IMG/VR virus record: IMGVR_UViG_3300029911_000001
Coordinates: 1-64,000 of that record
Direction: 5' to 3' (one strand)
DNA: 64,000 bases
Both the position numbers and the translations under genes were made by a program. Of this stretch, positions 29,448-39,802 are shown piece by piece. Below the pieces are notes generated by a model, which was not told the origin of the DNA, did no database searches, and saw nothing but the letters and a program-made list of their open reading frames with translations. How positions within the stretch are numbered: position 1 is the first letter of the stretch; each line of letters starts with the position of its first letter.

Positions 29448-30401
29448 TTATATGTCCTTCACTAGAGGAATAGGTAGTTGGTGTTTCCTCTTTGTTTCTT
29501 GCATCTTCGCCATTACATCAGGGCTAGAGGCCGGAGAGTTGCCGCCATAACGTAGCTGGTTAGTCTTGATACGTTTCTTCTCTATGTCGGGGCGACATGA
29601 TGGGCTTAAGCCGCCAAATCGCTCTAGTATGGTCGCATTCTTCTTAGCTTGTAGTGTCAAATTGAGAATTGGGTTGGTTACCCCATACTTAGCCAGCATG
29701 GTGGTTTCTGCTTTTTGTTTTAACTCTGGGTCGGCGAAAGTACGTCTGTTTCTCCAGTGTGCCGAGCATTCGTAGAAGGTCTTTGAACAGCACGGCTTCT
29801 CATTATTTCCCAACAAGAACAGAGCTTGAGCACCACAACCATAGCCACAAGCTGCTTCCTTTTCAATCATCTTTACCTTCATGCTCTTCTTATGCTTACT
29901 GTAGGCTGAGCATGAACCTTGATGGTGTGAACAACAAGGGGTTTCCTTCTTACCTACAAGGAATTTGGCGGGGTTGAAGCAGCCGTACTCACACAGCAGC
30001 CTATCATCAGGAGAAATTGGGTGTACACGGGTCTTTGCCCCCTTGCGCCTACCCGTGTTACCTTTTTCTTTGGCTATACGTCCCGCACGACCGGGGTCAG
30101 AGAGTCCCTTATCATTGATGTATTTGAAACCTCCCTGACCCCCCTCATGGAGGTTGTAGCATAGTTGGTCTTGACAGGCCGATTGGAGGAGTTCTACCTC
30201 TTTAGCATATGCCTCGGATGCAAGGGAGAATTGGGTTATAACTTCTTTGGTAAAGTTATGGCGACCGTACTTCTTAACAGCGCGTTTGATGACAATACCA
30301 GAGCCAAGATAATCATCGTTGGGATTATTAGTCTCGTGAACCCCAAGGTAATACCGAGAGTTGAGAAGGTTGGTAATTTTGTAGACCGTAAAAACACTCA
30401 T
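29448..30401 (-). CDS. GIY-YIG homing endonuclease with Cys-rich and KYG repeats
   Basis: FTVYKITNLLNSRYYLGVHET..YLGSG..YNLHEGGQGG. Confidence 0.85.
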   Translation of the reverse strand: MSVFTVYKITNLLNSRYYLGVHETNNPNDDYLGSGIVIKRAVKKYGRHNFTKEVITQFSLASEAYAKEVELLQSACQDQLCYNLHEGGQGGFKYINDKGLSDPGRAGRIAKEKGNTGRRKGAKTRVHPISPDDRLLCEYGCFNPAKFLVGKKETPCCSHHQGSCSAYSKHKKSMKVKMIEKEAACGYGCGAQALFLLGNNEKPCCSKTFYECSAHWRNRRTFADPELKQKAETTMLAKYGVTNPILNLTLQAKKNATILERFGGLSPSCRPDIEKKRIKTNQLRYGGNSPASSPDVMAKMQETKRKHQLPIPLVKDI

Positions 30402-30502
30402 GCGACTCTCCAAGTATCAGTTACTTCTAACTAATACCCAGAAAGTCGCAAAGTTGATTCCACTATCAATAAATGGCTGATACCAGAATCAAATAACAGT
30501 AA

Positions 30503-31168
30503 CTAGATTGAATACAGCAGGCTACGCCCGGTTGTATCTGATGTATTTAGGCCCGAATCAATAAATTCTCCGTAAACCGAACCTGCCACGTCAAAGATGT
30601 CTGTGACAAGGATGTTGCAGTTCTCCGTCACCGCCGCCGTCTCAATAGCGTAACCGGTTTGATAGCTCGACATCCAACATCCCTCAAATATCGTAGCTAC
30701 GGCAAACAGGCCGGGGTTGCCAGTATTGTTCAAGCCGCCCTCGTTAGGAATGTCAGCAGTAATAGCCTGACCTACGTTAGGGTCTTCAGAGGCAAGCTGC
30801 GAGAAGACGATTTCCGTCTTGATGTCGAATGGCCACTTGTGATGACGGAGTGAGCGAACAGCACCAGATACCCCAGCCTTGTATCCGAGAACCTGCTGAA
30901 GGTTGGCGAGATACAGACAGGTACGGGTGATGGTCAAGCTCATAGGCTCGGTCACACCGGGCACGAGTTCGGCAACTTGGTCACCATACCCTAGACCACG
31001 GATAGTCTCGATATTCTTTGATTCCGAAATATCGAACGACGAAGTGACGCCAAGCTTCACGAACTTACCTACGTCTACAACGTCGGTGAAGATTTTAAAT
31101 CGGGATGAAATCACCGATTCCGTTTGCGCTGTCGTTCCTTGCTGGTACACATACCCACCCTGTGCCAT
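30503..31168 (-). CDS. tail tube protein
   Basis: 221 aa; IETIRGLGYGDQVAELVPG, PFDI and FEGCW motifs; downstream of the sheath gene. Confidence 0.75.
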   Translation of the reverse strand: MAQGGYVYQQGTTAQTESVISSRFKIFTDVVDVGKFVKLGVTSSFDISESKNIETIRGLGYGDQVAELVPGVTEPMSLTITRTCLYLANLQQVLGYKAGVSGAVRSLRHHKWPFDIKTEIVFSQLASEDPNVGQAITADIPNEGGLNNTGNPGLFAVATIFEGCWMSSYQTGYAIETAAVTENCNILVTDIFDVAGSVYGEFIDSGLNTSDTTGRSLLYSI

Positions 31169-31318
31169 GTTTTTATCTCCTTAACCTTGTACTGCTTGCT
31201 CATATAAGGCAGCGGGTAGTTGCTTTTGTAAAAATAACCGTCTCCGCGCCCATCCATCTTTAATTGCTTGCCTATGTGTTCCGAATTATGTACACGCCGC
31301 AATCAAACCAAACCATAC

Positions 31319-32899
31319 TTACTCTTCTTCATCTTCCCCTGCAACATTGAGCCCAAAGAGCAGGGAGGAACTCTTGGACGAATGAGGCTTGGTGCTGAAG
31401 AGAATACGCCCACACTCGGAACATTCATCGTTGCCTTTAACTGACTTTGGAGTCACATCCTTCTTGCACTTGGTGCAATACAACTCCTTTGAACTCTTCT
31501 TACCCTTGTTCTTTTCCTTGACTTCCAGTGCCTGCGCTTCGGCTTCTTCCTGCATCTTTTGCTTGTTCAACACCTTGGCAGCTTCGCCAAACATGTCGTA
31601 TGCACGGTAGACCGATTCAACGGCTTCACGCACGGGGCGGGAGTCAAGAGTCTTGGTTACCTTCTTGATTTCGAGGTACAGAGCCTTGAGGTCATCGCCA
31701 GCCTTCTCAACCTTCTTAAGTGCAGTACCTGTGCTCATGTCCTCAGCGAACTTGGTGACAAGTTCAGTCGCGGGAATCTTGATGCCGGTGTTGTCGTCAA
31801 TCTCCGCGTGGGCCTTGGCTACTTCAGGAGTGCGACCCCCGTCTTCAACGATGCTCCCGGTCTCGCCGTCGTTTACGAAAGAACCACCCTGATTGGAAGC
31901 TTCCTTCTTCTTGCCGTCCTCATCCTCTTCCTTCTTCTTACGCTTCATGTCATCGGCGAAAGGATTCTTGCGACGGTCAGCAGCAACATGGCTGTCTGCT
32001 TCCTCCTCTTCTTCCTCAGCACTGGCCAAGTTCAAGCCAGCGAATGAAGCGGCCATCGGCATAGGAGCAGCAGCCGCTGGAGCAGCAGCCGGTTCAGGGG
32101 CTTCCTGTTCAACAGGACGGTCAGCGATAATCTTGGCGATAGCACCAATAAACCGATTCGCTGCCTTGTCGTTCATGAGGTCTTCCGCAGTGGACAGAGC
32201 CTTCAGCATCTTAGCGAGAACATCGCTGGACAACTGCTGGATGTCTGCATCTGGATTAGAGGCGGCTGGTGCAGGAGCCTTGGCAGGTACAGCAACTGGA
32301 GCAGCCTTCTTGCCGTAGAACAACTCAGCCGTAATCTTTGAAGCGAGACGAGGAACTTCAGCCAGTACAGGCTCTTCCGGCTTTCCGTCAACGCGGTCGG
32401 AGACCCAGTTGTCGCTACCAGAAGCTTCCTTTACTTCTTTCGGTTCGCCATCGTTCTCCCTGTCCGTAACCCAGTTGTCACTGCCAGAGGCTGCGCGAGG
32501 AGCGGGAGTGAAAGTTTGCTCATTCTTCATTTCAACATTCCTATCGGGCGAGTTGCCCATGGTTTCTGAAGGTGTCCCGTCGCCTTTGAGCTTGGCAATC
32601 AAGTTCACATTCTCAGAAATTTTTGTCGCCATCTCTGGCATTACGGTGTCGTCCAAGTAATCTTCCAGAGAGGATGCACCTTCTTGCCGCATATCCAAGG
32701 GAGCCTTGTTCAGCACACTGGTTAGAAAACTGATGGCGTCATCAAGCTGTTCCAAACGCTCATCCTGTACATCGGCCTCCACAAGTTGCGAGACCAGCGA
32801 TTCTGCTTCCTGCACCGCACTCTCCAAAGTCTGCTTGGATACAAGTACAGTTGCTTTCTTCGGCTGCTGCTTGCGACGAACTATCAATTTCGACGCCAT
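31319..32899 (-). CDS. acidic virion/head-associated protein
   Basis: 526 aa; duplicated ASGSDNWV[TS]DR; K-x-A motifs; C-terminal CTKC..CSEC. Confidence 0.75.
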   Translation of the reverse strand: MASKLIVRRKQQPKKATVLVSKQTLESAVQEAESLVSQLVEADVQDERLEQLDDAISFLTSVLNKAPLDMRQEGASSLEDYLDDTVMPEMATKISENVNLIAKLKGDGTPSETMGNSPDRNVEMKNEQTFTPAPRAASGSDNWVTDRENDGEPKEVKEASGSDNWVSDRVDGKPEEPVLAEVPRLASKITAELFYGKKAAPVAVPAKAPAPAASNPDADIQQLSSDVLAKMLKALSTAEDLMNDKAANRFIGAIAKIIADRPVEQEAPEPAAAPAAAAPMPMAASFAGLNLASAEEEEEEADSHVAADRRKNPFADDMKRKKKEEDEDGKKKEASNQGGSFVNDGETGSIVEDGGRTPEVAKAHAEIDDNTGIKIPATELVTKFAEDMSTGTALKKVEKAGDDLKALYLEIKKVTKTLDSRPVREAVESVYRAYDMFGEAAKVLNKQKMQEEAEAQALEVKEKNKGKKSSKELYCTKCKKDVTPKSVKGNDECSECGRILFSTKPHSSKSSSLLFGLNVAGEDEEE

Positions 32900-32901
32900 G
32901 C

Positions 32902-33342
32902 TTACACCGTCACGTCTGGGATAGTGGGAACCAAGGTCTTACCACGGAGTGCAGAGAACGCCGCGATAATACGGCTGGTAACTACGTTCACCCAAGCTGC
33001 CGCTGCTTCACTTGGGTTAGTGGTGATACATGCCATCGGACCTTGAACTGGAGCGAGGTTGTACTGGTTCGGGTTCACTGCCGTTGGGAGTGCCAACATG
33101 AACTGAGCTTGCTGTGAAGAAAGCTGAGTTGTAACCCCTACATAGTTCTCCGTAGTGGGGAACTGAAAGGTAAAGATCGTGTTGTTGGGATCAGTGAAGG
33201 TACCTGCGATGTTGACCTCAGGGTCACCGAACGCAGCGATCAACGCCTTATCATTCGCGTCAGTCATGTCTCCCACGAAGGAGGCTTGAATGGTGACGCT
33301 AATAATACCGTTTGCTTGTGTGGTGACGGTATGCAGCTTCAT
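32902..33342 (-). CDS. hypothetical structural protein
   Basis: ORF between sheath and tube; start at MKLHTV. Confidence 0.7.
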   Translation of the reverse strand: MKLHTVTTQANGIISVTIQASFVGDMTDANDKALIAAFGDPEVNIAGTFTDPNNTIFTFQFPTTENYVGVTTQLSSQQAQFMLALPTAVNPNQYNLAPVQGPMACITTNPSEAAAAWVNVVTSRIIAAFSALRGKTLVPTIPDVTV

Positions 33343-33363
33343 CCTATATAACTCCAAGTGCAT

Positions 33364-33392
33364 CGGGGGTGGATGAACTCCACCCCCATTTT
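33364..33392. terminator. hairpin after the sheath gene
   Basis: gggggtgga-tgaac-tccaccccc. Confidence 0.45.
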
Positions 33393-33393
33393 G

Positions 33394-36300
33394 TTAGTTA
33401 GACGACGTTGCTGAAGTCGTCGTAACCGTGAAGGTGACGCTGATGTAGAGCAACGAGAACACCGGCTGGATGGTCATGGTGATGTTCACCGTGGTCGGAT
33501 CAGACGGGTCAGGTATGACACTCAGGTTCTGGTAGCTTGCGAGAATCTCGTTCGCAACCAAGGAGCGGAGACGTGCGTTGCAGACCGCCGTGATGTCATT
33601 CACAAGACTGGTAACCAGCTTGCGACCAATGAACTGCTGAAGGTCAGAACGGAACAACTGACGGGTGTAGTCCACGATGGTAGTGCATGTCGGCTCCGAG
33701 TAGATGGGGTTCGACGGGTCGGTGGACTTGTAGTGGCGAATCTGGAGAGCCCCGCTCTGGTTGGTGAGAACCACGAGACCCTGTGACGCCATGTTGTTGA
33801 GCGTTGCATCGTCGTAGGTAACGAGGAGGCGAGTGAACCCAACCAAGTCCTGCAAGGTCAGAGTCGTCGCAACGTCGTTCGCCGGGTTGACTTCAAGACC
33901 AGCCATAGCAGCCGCCATGAATTCGCCGGAGATGGCGTACTCAAGAGCAACACCGGTCAAACCGTTGGTCACCTGAATACCAGCAACCGGCATACCGACG
34001 GCAATCATACGGGAGTTCTTCAAACCGGTCGCGTTCGCAATAGCCTGATAGGGCGAGGTGAACTGCGAGTAGCCGACGAAGCCGAGTGCCTCACCCTTGT
34101 AACGGGCAGTGGCCTGAGTGGTAAGCTGACGGCTCAAGAACTGATGAACAGTCGTGCTGGTGGACAGAGGAACAATGACGTTCGCCTTGCTGGTTTGACC
34201 CGGCAGGTTAGCAGTCAATGTACCAATGGCCGATATGAAGGAAGCGTCCGAAGCCACGGCGAGACCGGTCTGCTTAGGCACCTGAATAGCACCGAAGACC
34301 TGAGCACCGTTCTGGTTCAGAAGCGAGATACCCAGCGACAGACGGTTGGTGACATTTGGCTGACCATACTGGGTGTAAGCGTCGGCCACATTAGTGAAGA
34401 GTTTGATTGCCATATCTGTCACAGTCTTGTTGACCGTGAACGAAACATAGTAGAACTCTCCCACCGCAGGTTCATTACCCGAAGCATGATTGGTTGTGAT
34501 GATAGCCGTGTCGCCAGTGTTCGCACCAAAGGTTGTGACAACCTCAGTCTGAAGCCCAGAGACGGCAATCAGGCTGTTAGGCTGTGCAGTACCAAACGGT
34601 ACATAAGTGGAACCTGTATAGCGGACAGCAGCCTTGCTCACAACGTAGGTGAGAGTGTCGCCGGGGGCGAAGCTGTACTGAGGAGAAGGCAGCGACGTGT
34701 AACCATAGCCGAGAGCATCAGCCGGGTTCACAACGGTGACCTTGAAACCAGTGGCGGCATCAATGTAGGTCTGGTCGAGGTAGCCAACGCCAGCAGAGCC
34801 AGCACTCGCCGAGGAAGTCACGGTGTAACTGTGAGTGTAAGGTTGAGTGATTGCGTTGGCACCGTGGGCGAGATTGGCAGCAGCCGAAGAAGTTCCGATG
34901 GCATCGGAACCCGTACCAGCGGTCAAAGTTGCGGTGATGACACCAACAGTGACGGTGAGCGGGAACATCGCGACAAGCGAGTTCACATTACCTGTGCTGT
35001 GCAGGGTAATCGCGTTGCCAGAGATAGTCGGAGCAGCGTTGGTCGTGTTGTCGATGGCAATGGTAACCGCATTGCCAACCGACCCCGGAGTCGAAGCCAA
35101 GAAGTGAACGGTCGAAGCCGAGAACGTTTTGTCCAAGTAAGCCTGAATGGCCGGGGTGATAACCGTAGAGCCATCGTTGTTGAAGGTCAAGGTAACCGTC
35201 TCGTCAACCGCGTTTGGTTCGTCCCATGCATCTGAGAAAGAGTGCGGATAGACAATGCCCGTGGTTGCGAAAGCACCCGCAGCAACCGTGTTGGTTCCGT
35301 TGGAAACAACTGGTAGAACCTGACCGAGTTCGTTCTTCAAGGTGTAGGTGCCCTGCCCTGACTGAGCCGGGTTGACAACTGTCACCGTGTAGACGTGGTC
35401 GTTGATGGTGTTGCGGTAGTAGCTGGCATACACCTTCTGACCGGATGCTGGCGGATTGTACAAGGTGATAGTCGCCGAGTCGCCGGAGAGACGGGAAACT
35501 TGAACTGCGCCAGCCTGATAGGCGGTGAAGGGGTCAACCCCGACATACACGGTAACCTTTGTAGGGTCATCAGTAGGACGAGCCAAACCACTTCCGTCCG
35601 TGGGTACATCCGGGAGGGTGAAGGTGGCAGTGTTACCGTTGCCGTGGCCGGCGAACTGGAGGTACACATGCTCGTCAACCAGCGTGGTGGTAATCTGGGT
35701 CGGGCCGAACGGGGTGTAACCCGTGGTCGAAGTTCCAACCGCAGTCGATGCTGCGGCACCCCATTGGATGACAGGGTTGCCAGCGGCATCCGTGCTAAGC
35801 ACGTAGTCCACGTCTTCGATGAAGTCTGCACGGTTAGGACCGAACCCAACCTGAGTGATGGTGGATACAGTGGTGGCCGGAAGCAGGTCGTAGGTGTTCT
35901 GGTAGTTGTTGGTGTAGTAGGTCGCAGTCAGAGTCGAGCCAAACACAACGGGGTTGGCCAGAGTGATGAGGCTATTAGCACCATCAACCGCTGTCACCGT
36001 GGCAGCGGAACCGTTCACGAGGACAGTGACATTGGCCGGATTTGTGGTGACCACTCCGCCGTTGGTACCGTCAACGATGGGGTTGTTCTTTACCTTGAAG
36101 ATGGTGTTAGTGTTCGGACCTTCCCCACCAGATAAAGAGGCAGCACCTGTGACCGATAGAGCACCGGTACCGACCGGAGTCGCACCCACCAAGTAACCCG
36201 CCGAGAGGGTGAGAATACCAGCCTCGATGAGATTGTGAAGGTCAACCACCGTACGGATGGTGTTGTCGGACTTGCGGATGTTGATGACAATTGCGTTGGT

Positions 36301-36936
36301 GCCGTAGCCAGAGACCGCCAGAGCATCCACCACGCCCGGAGTCGGGGGCGACAGCAAGGTTGAATCGATAAGCTGGATGCTCACTTCGTTACCAACCGCA
36401 CCCGGAAGGGTTGTGGTAACAACCTCGTGAGCCCCCCCGGCACCGGCAACAGTCAGAGAAGCGAAGGCTGGAATTTGAGCCGACAGATTCTCGTTAGAAA
36501 TGAGGGTGTCCATGCGCTTGAAGTAGTAACTGACGTCAAAATTGGTTCCCGGAAGCACAATATCCTGAGTCTGGAAAGCACCAGTGGAGCCAACCAGCGA
36601 AACAACAGTGACAGGAACGCCATCAGCGGTGACCTGAATGAAGGAGGGGTCATTGGTAACCGTACCACTTCCATCACCCGTAACCACCGGGAAATAGGTG
36701 GTGTTAAAGTTGCTGGTCAAGCCAGTAACTTGGTCAGAAATGTTCTCATCCACAACTTGGTCATCGGCGACGGCTGAAGAGCCGCGATGAATCTCTTGGT
36801 TGTTCTGTGTGAAGTATTCGAGACCTTCACCAATGATTACCGGGATACGAGCGGAACCGAACAGCGGCTGACCACCGTTGTCTATCACCACACTTGTAAA
36901 AACGCCGGGAGCGGCGTAACTGCCAAAAAGTGCCAT
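33394..36936 (-). CDS. tail sheath protein
   Basis: N-terminal YAAPGVFT; sheath-type C-terminus (L..FIGRK...DPSDPTTVNITMTIQPVFSLLYI); 1180 aa with inserted beta domains. Confidence 0.9.
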   Translation of the reverse strand: MALFGSYAAPGVFTSVVIDNGGQPLFGSARIPVIIGEGLEYFTQNNQEIHRGSSAVADDQVVDENISDQVTGLTSNFNTTYFPVVTGDGSGTVTNDPSFIQVTADGVPVTVVSLVGSTGAFQTQDIVLPGTNFDVSYYFKRMDTLISNENLSAQIPAFASLTVAGAGGAHEVVTTTLPGAVGNEVSIQLIDSTLLSPPTPGVVDALAVSGYGTNAIVINIRKSDNTIRTVVDLHNLIEAGILTLSAGYLVGATPVGTGALSVTGAASLSGGEGPNTNTIFKVKNNPIVDGTNGGVVTTNPANVTVLVNGSAATVTAVDGANSLITLANPVVFGSTLTATYYTNNYQNTYDLLPATTVSTITQVGFGPNRADFIEDVDYVLSTDAAGNPVIQWGAAASTAVGTSTTGYTPFGPTQITTTLVDEHVYLQFAGHGNGNTATFTLPDVPTDGSGLARPTDDPTKVTVYVGVDPFTAYQAGAVQVSRLSGDSATITLYNPPASGQKVYASYYRNTINDHVYTVTVVNPAQSGQGTYTLKNELGQVLPVVSNGTNTVAAGAFATTGIVYPHSFSDAWDEPNAVDETVTLTFNNDGSTVITPAIQAYLDKTFSASTVHFLASTPGSVGNAVTIAIDNTTNAAPTISGNAITLHSTGNVNSLVAMFPLTVTVGVITATLTAGTGSDAIGTSSAAANLAHGANAITQPYTHSYTVTSSASAGSAGVGYLDQTYIDAATGFKVTVVNPADALGYGYTSLPSPQYSFAPGDTLTYVVSKAAVRYTGSTYVPFGTAQPNSLIAVSGLQTEVVTTFGANTGDTAIITTNHASGNEPAVGEFYYVSFTVNKTVTDMAIKLFTNVADAYTQYGQPNVTNRLSLGISLLNQNGAQVFGAIQVPKQTGLAVASDASFISAIGTLTANLPGQTSKANVIVPLSTSTTVHQFLSRQLTTQATARYKGEALGFVGYSQFTSPYQAIANATGLKNSRMIAVGMPVAGIQVTNGLTGVALEYAISGEFMAAAMAGLEVNPANDVATTLTLQDLVGFTRLLVTYDDATLNNMASQGLVVLTNQSGALQIRHYKSTDPSNPIYSEPTCTTIVDYTRQLFRSDLQQFIGRKLVTSLVNDITAVCNARLRSLVANEILASYQNLSVIPDPSDPTTVNITMTIQPVFSLLYISVTFTVTTTSATSSN

Positions 36937-37075
36937 AAAGTAAATCTCCTTAAGCTGCTGCTTGTTCCCTACCCAAGATGTCAGTAGTCAATTTTTGTGC
37001 TTGATGTTGAAAAATAGTAGCCATAGAATAAAACCGCCTCATGACTTTCCTTTTTTCAAGACACCGCAATAATCG

Positions 37076-37600
37076 CTACTCATCCCGATTTACGGTTCTT
37101 TCAGGGACGGTTACTCCAACCAGCCGCCCTTCCTTAATTGGTCGGTATTCATCTCTTCCAGTGGCTGTCAAAGCCTGAGTGCCGGTTTTCCTGCGGACCC
37201 TATCCCGTGCTGTCTTCCGGTCGTGTATTTTGTTCCACCTTGTGTCCGCATCGCGCCCAATTACAATGTCGATACTTGCGCCCTTGCTCGTGTTTTTCCC
37301 ATGAACAATGGCAAAGCTCGACTTCAATTTCGCTGTTACTCCGCACATAGGACAGGCGAACGTATCTGGAGCCTTACCAGTCGGGTGCTCTACGCTGAAA
37401 ACTTGTCCACATCCACCCTCACTTTGCCAGCACTGGTAGTTATAGTCTTCGGTACTAATCGGTTCGTCGTATGTCAGTGCTGACATACAGAGAGGACATG
37501 GAGGAACTGGCTTTTGGAAACTAACCCCGAAGTCCAGATATTCGTACTCGAAATTACAAGGGACGCATTGATACATTTTCTTAGTGGGCACGGATGTCAT
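37076..37600 (-). CDS. double zinc-ribbon (FmdB-like) protein
   Basis: YQCVPC..CPLC and YQC...C..CPMC. Confidence 0.7.
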   Translation of the reverse strand: MTSVPTKKMYQCVPCNFEYEYLDFGVSFQKPVPPCPLCMSALTYDEPISTEDYNYQCWQSEGGCGQVFSVEHPTGKAPDTFACPMCGVTAKLKSSFAIVHGKNTSKGASIDIVIGRDADTRWNKIHDRKTARDRVRRKTGTQALTATGRDEYRPIKEGRLVGVTVPERTVNRDE

Positions 37601-37717
37601 CCTTTTAATCGGTTATGCTTACGGACAAACCTCATTCCCGATTGTGTTCTGCTATAACAGCAAGTGAAAGTCCACTTGCATATAGACCTTTGACCTGTGC
37701 TATTTTTCAGCCATGGA

Positions 37718-39343
37718 TCAACTGTAGGACTGCACAAACTGGAACCTCGTGTTGCCAAGAGCCTGAACGCGAGGAGCCATCTGTAATTTCCCCTGAAAGT
37801 CAGGCAGACCCGCAGTGTCGGTGATTATGAAAGAAACAAGACGTGTGACTTTCGGTACGAACACCTTCCAGTCAGCCATGGCCGACACTGAAATGCTGTA
37901 AGTGTAGGTGGGGGCGGTCCCGGAACTATCGCGCTGTGCGCTGCGGAAAGAACGGGGAGCCTCGAAGATAGTAATGCCATCAGCTTCCATGTTCTCGCGG
38001 CGGTAGATAAGAATCTGCTGCTTGATAAGTTCGCTGAGGTCAGAAGATGTTTGAAGGTCGTTGGTGCGAACGTCAATCGTGAAGTTTAGGTTCTCCTTGG
38101 AACCGTACACATCATAAGTCTCAGTAGTCGTGGGGTTTACAATAATAGCCGCTTGGTCTCCTACCACAACAGAATCTCCGATTGCAATAGCCAGTCCGGG
38201 TATAGTATCCGTCCGCAAATTAGTAGTTGGATCAGTGACGAATTGAACCACGTTGCTCTTATCCAAGTAAGTGTCGTAGAAACCATTCAGGGAGAATTTT
38301 TTACCGCGACACGTAGTCTGACCGGAGGCGATGCGGACCTCCCAACGCACCCAGTCTCCCGGCTTCAACAGAGTTGGAAGAGTTACAGTACCATCAGCGT
38401 TAACAATGGCATTGTAATAGTCATTCTCGGTAGTGTGGATGAAGACCTGCCCCGGAGCCAGCGATTCAGTGGGGAGAACACCCACCTGAAGAATATTCTC
38501 GGGATTAGTGCCCACCGTTGTGCTGGGGTCAATCTTGCGGATGACGTTGGCCGTGATGGTGCTGCCCGGAGGAGCCGATGAACTAAGCTGAATGAAGTTG
38601 AGACCGAAGAAATTCCAGTCGATACCCTGACGAAGCTGGTAGCCCGTCTGGTCAACCAGAGTGAATGACACCCATGGCGGGAGTATGTTAGCGACCTCTG
38701 CACCGCCTACTGTGTTCTGAATGATGACCTCAGGTACCAGACGCTGGTACCAATAGTCGGTCATAGGTGTGAGGGGGTTGTTGTTCGAATCGTAGAGTTC
38801 AAGAGTCTGAGTGGGAACAAGCAGATACACATAATTGCTGGAGCCTTCGATGGCAACCGCGTTTCCTGTGGCTCCATCCTTGGCTGTGAGCGTAGTGCCG
38901 TCGATGCCGGGGCGGAGATAAACGAGGGAACCCACCGCGTTCGTGTAGTGCCCCTGCACCCAGCGATACTTTTCCACGGTAATGTCGATGTCGTTGGTTT
39001 CTTCGTTGACTGCATCAATGTTGAGATAGTAAACGCCAGCCTCTGGAGTCACGAGCGTTTTATCGGTCTCAGTAATCCACTCGATGAACGTGCCTTCCTT
39101 ACCTTCTACTTTGGCGACCAAGGCTCTGCCGTACTGGTTGCACAGGAAGTAGTCGGGGCTCAAGCGGTTGCCTGATGCGGAGATGTCGCGAAGGGTAATC
39201 TGCGTGTCGCCGTACTTCAAAAAATTGTTGGATTGAAACGTAACTTGACCGAGTGTGTTATTGAAACGGGGGTTCCGAGAAACGGAATCCCTGATAATTC
39301 TGAGCAAATAGCCTATAAGGTTGGCACCAGTTAAGTCCAGCAT
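37718..39343 (-). CDS. putative tail completion/neck protein
   Basis: 541 aa beta-rich protein upstream of the sheath. Confidence 0.55.
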   Translation of the reverse strand: MLDLTGANLIGYLLRIIRDSVSRNPRFNNTLGQVTFQSNNFLKYGDTQITLRDISASGNRLSPDYFLCNQYGRALVAKVEGKEGTFIEWITETDKTLVTPEAGVYYLNIDAVNEETNDIDITVEKYRWVQGHYTNAVGSLVYLRPGIDGTTLTAKDGATGNAVAIEGSSNYVYLLVPTQTLELYDSNNNPLTPMTDYWYQRLVPEVIIQNTVGGAEVANILPPWVSFTLVDQTGYQLRQGIDWNFFGLNFIQLSSSAPPGSTITANVIRKIDPSTTVGTNPENILQVGVLPTESLAPGQVFIHTTENDYYNAIVNADGTVTLPTLLKPGDWVRWEVRIASGQTTCRGKKFSLNGFYDTYLDKSNVVQFVTDPTTNLRTDTIPGLAIAIGDSVVVGDQAAIIVNPTTTETYDVYGSKENLNFTIDVRTNDLQTSSDLSELIKQQILIYRRENMEADGITIFEAPRSFRSAQRDSSGTAPTYTYSISVSAMADWKVFVPKVTRLVSFIITDTAGLPDFQGKLQMAPRVQALGNTRFQFVQSYS

Positions 39344-39433
39344 AATCAGTTACTTAGCCCTTTCAATGAGTCACCTTGCCGTTTATTTTGTTGGTTACCT
39401 TGTAGATGAACACACACGCCTCTACAATAGGGT

Positions 39434-39802
39434 CTAAAAGTCCCAATCAGGAATCTCAACCGTCTGTCCGGCAAGTTTGTGCGTGGAGTCGTCAAGGAAT
39501 TGAATCTTGCCATCGGTCACGAAGCTGTGGCACACACGGCAAAGGAAGGGATTTTTATCTTCCGGGTGCTCCTCGTTGTAAGTACACCAGCATGAGTCCG
39601 ACTGATGACCGGGAGCATAGTGACCTGAGCGAACGAGGATGCTGGGAGTGAAAGTAGGCCGGTCTACATTGCGGTTCCATCCCCACTTGGGGTGTGTGTC
39701 GTCACCGTCTACCTTGATACCATGGTACTCTTCGCAACCCGGACACCAAAAGGAAACAAGACCTCCTTCCAGTGACCGTAACTTGTTGCTAAGAGCACCC
39801 AT
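39434..39802 (-). CDS. DUF6527-like Cys/His protein
   Basis: FWCPGC..H...W.WN....PTFTPSILV...CHSFVTDGKIQFLDDSTH. Confidence 0.7.
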   Translation of the reverse strand: MGALSNKLRSLEGGLVSFWCPGCEEYHGIKVDGDDTHPKWGWNRNVDRPTFTPSILVRSGHYAPGHQSDSCWCTYNEEHPEDKNPFLCRVCHSFVTDGKIQFLDDSTHKLAGQTVEIPDWDF

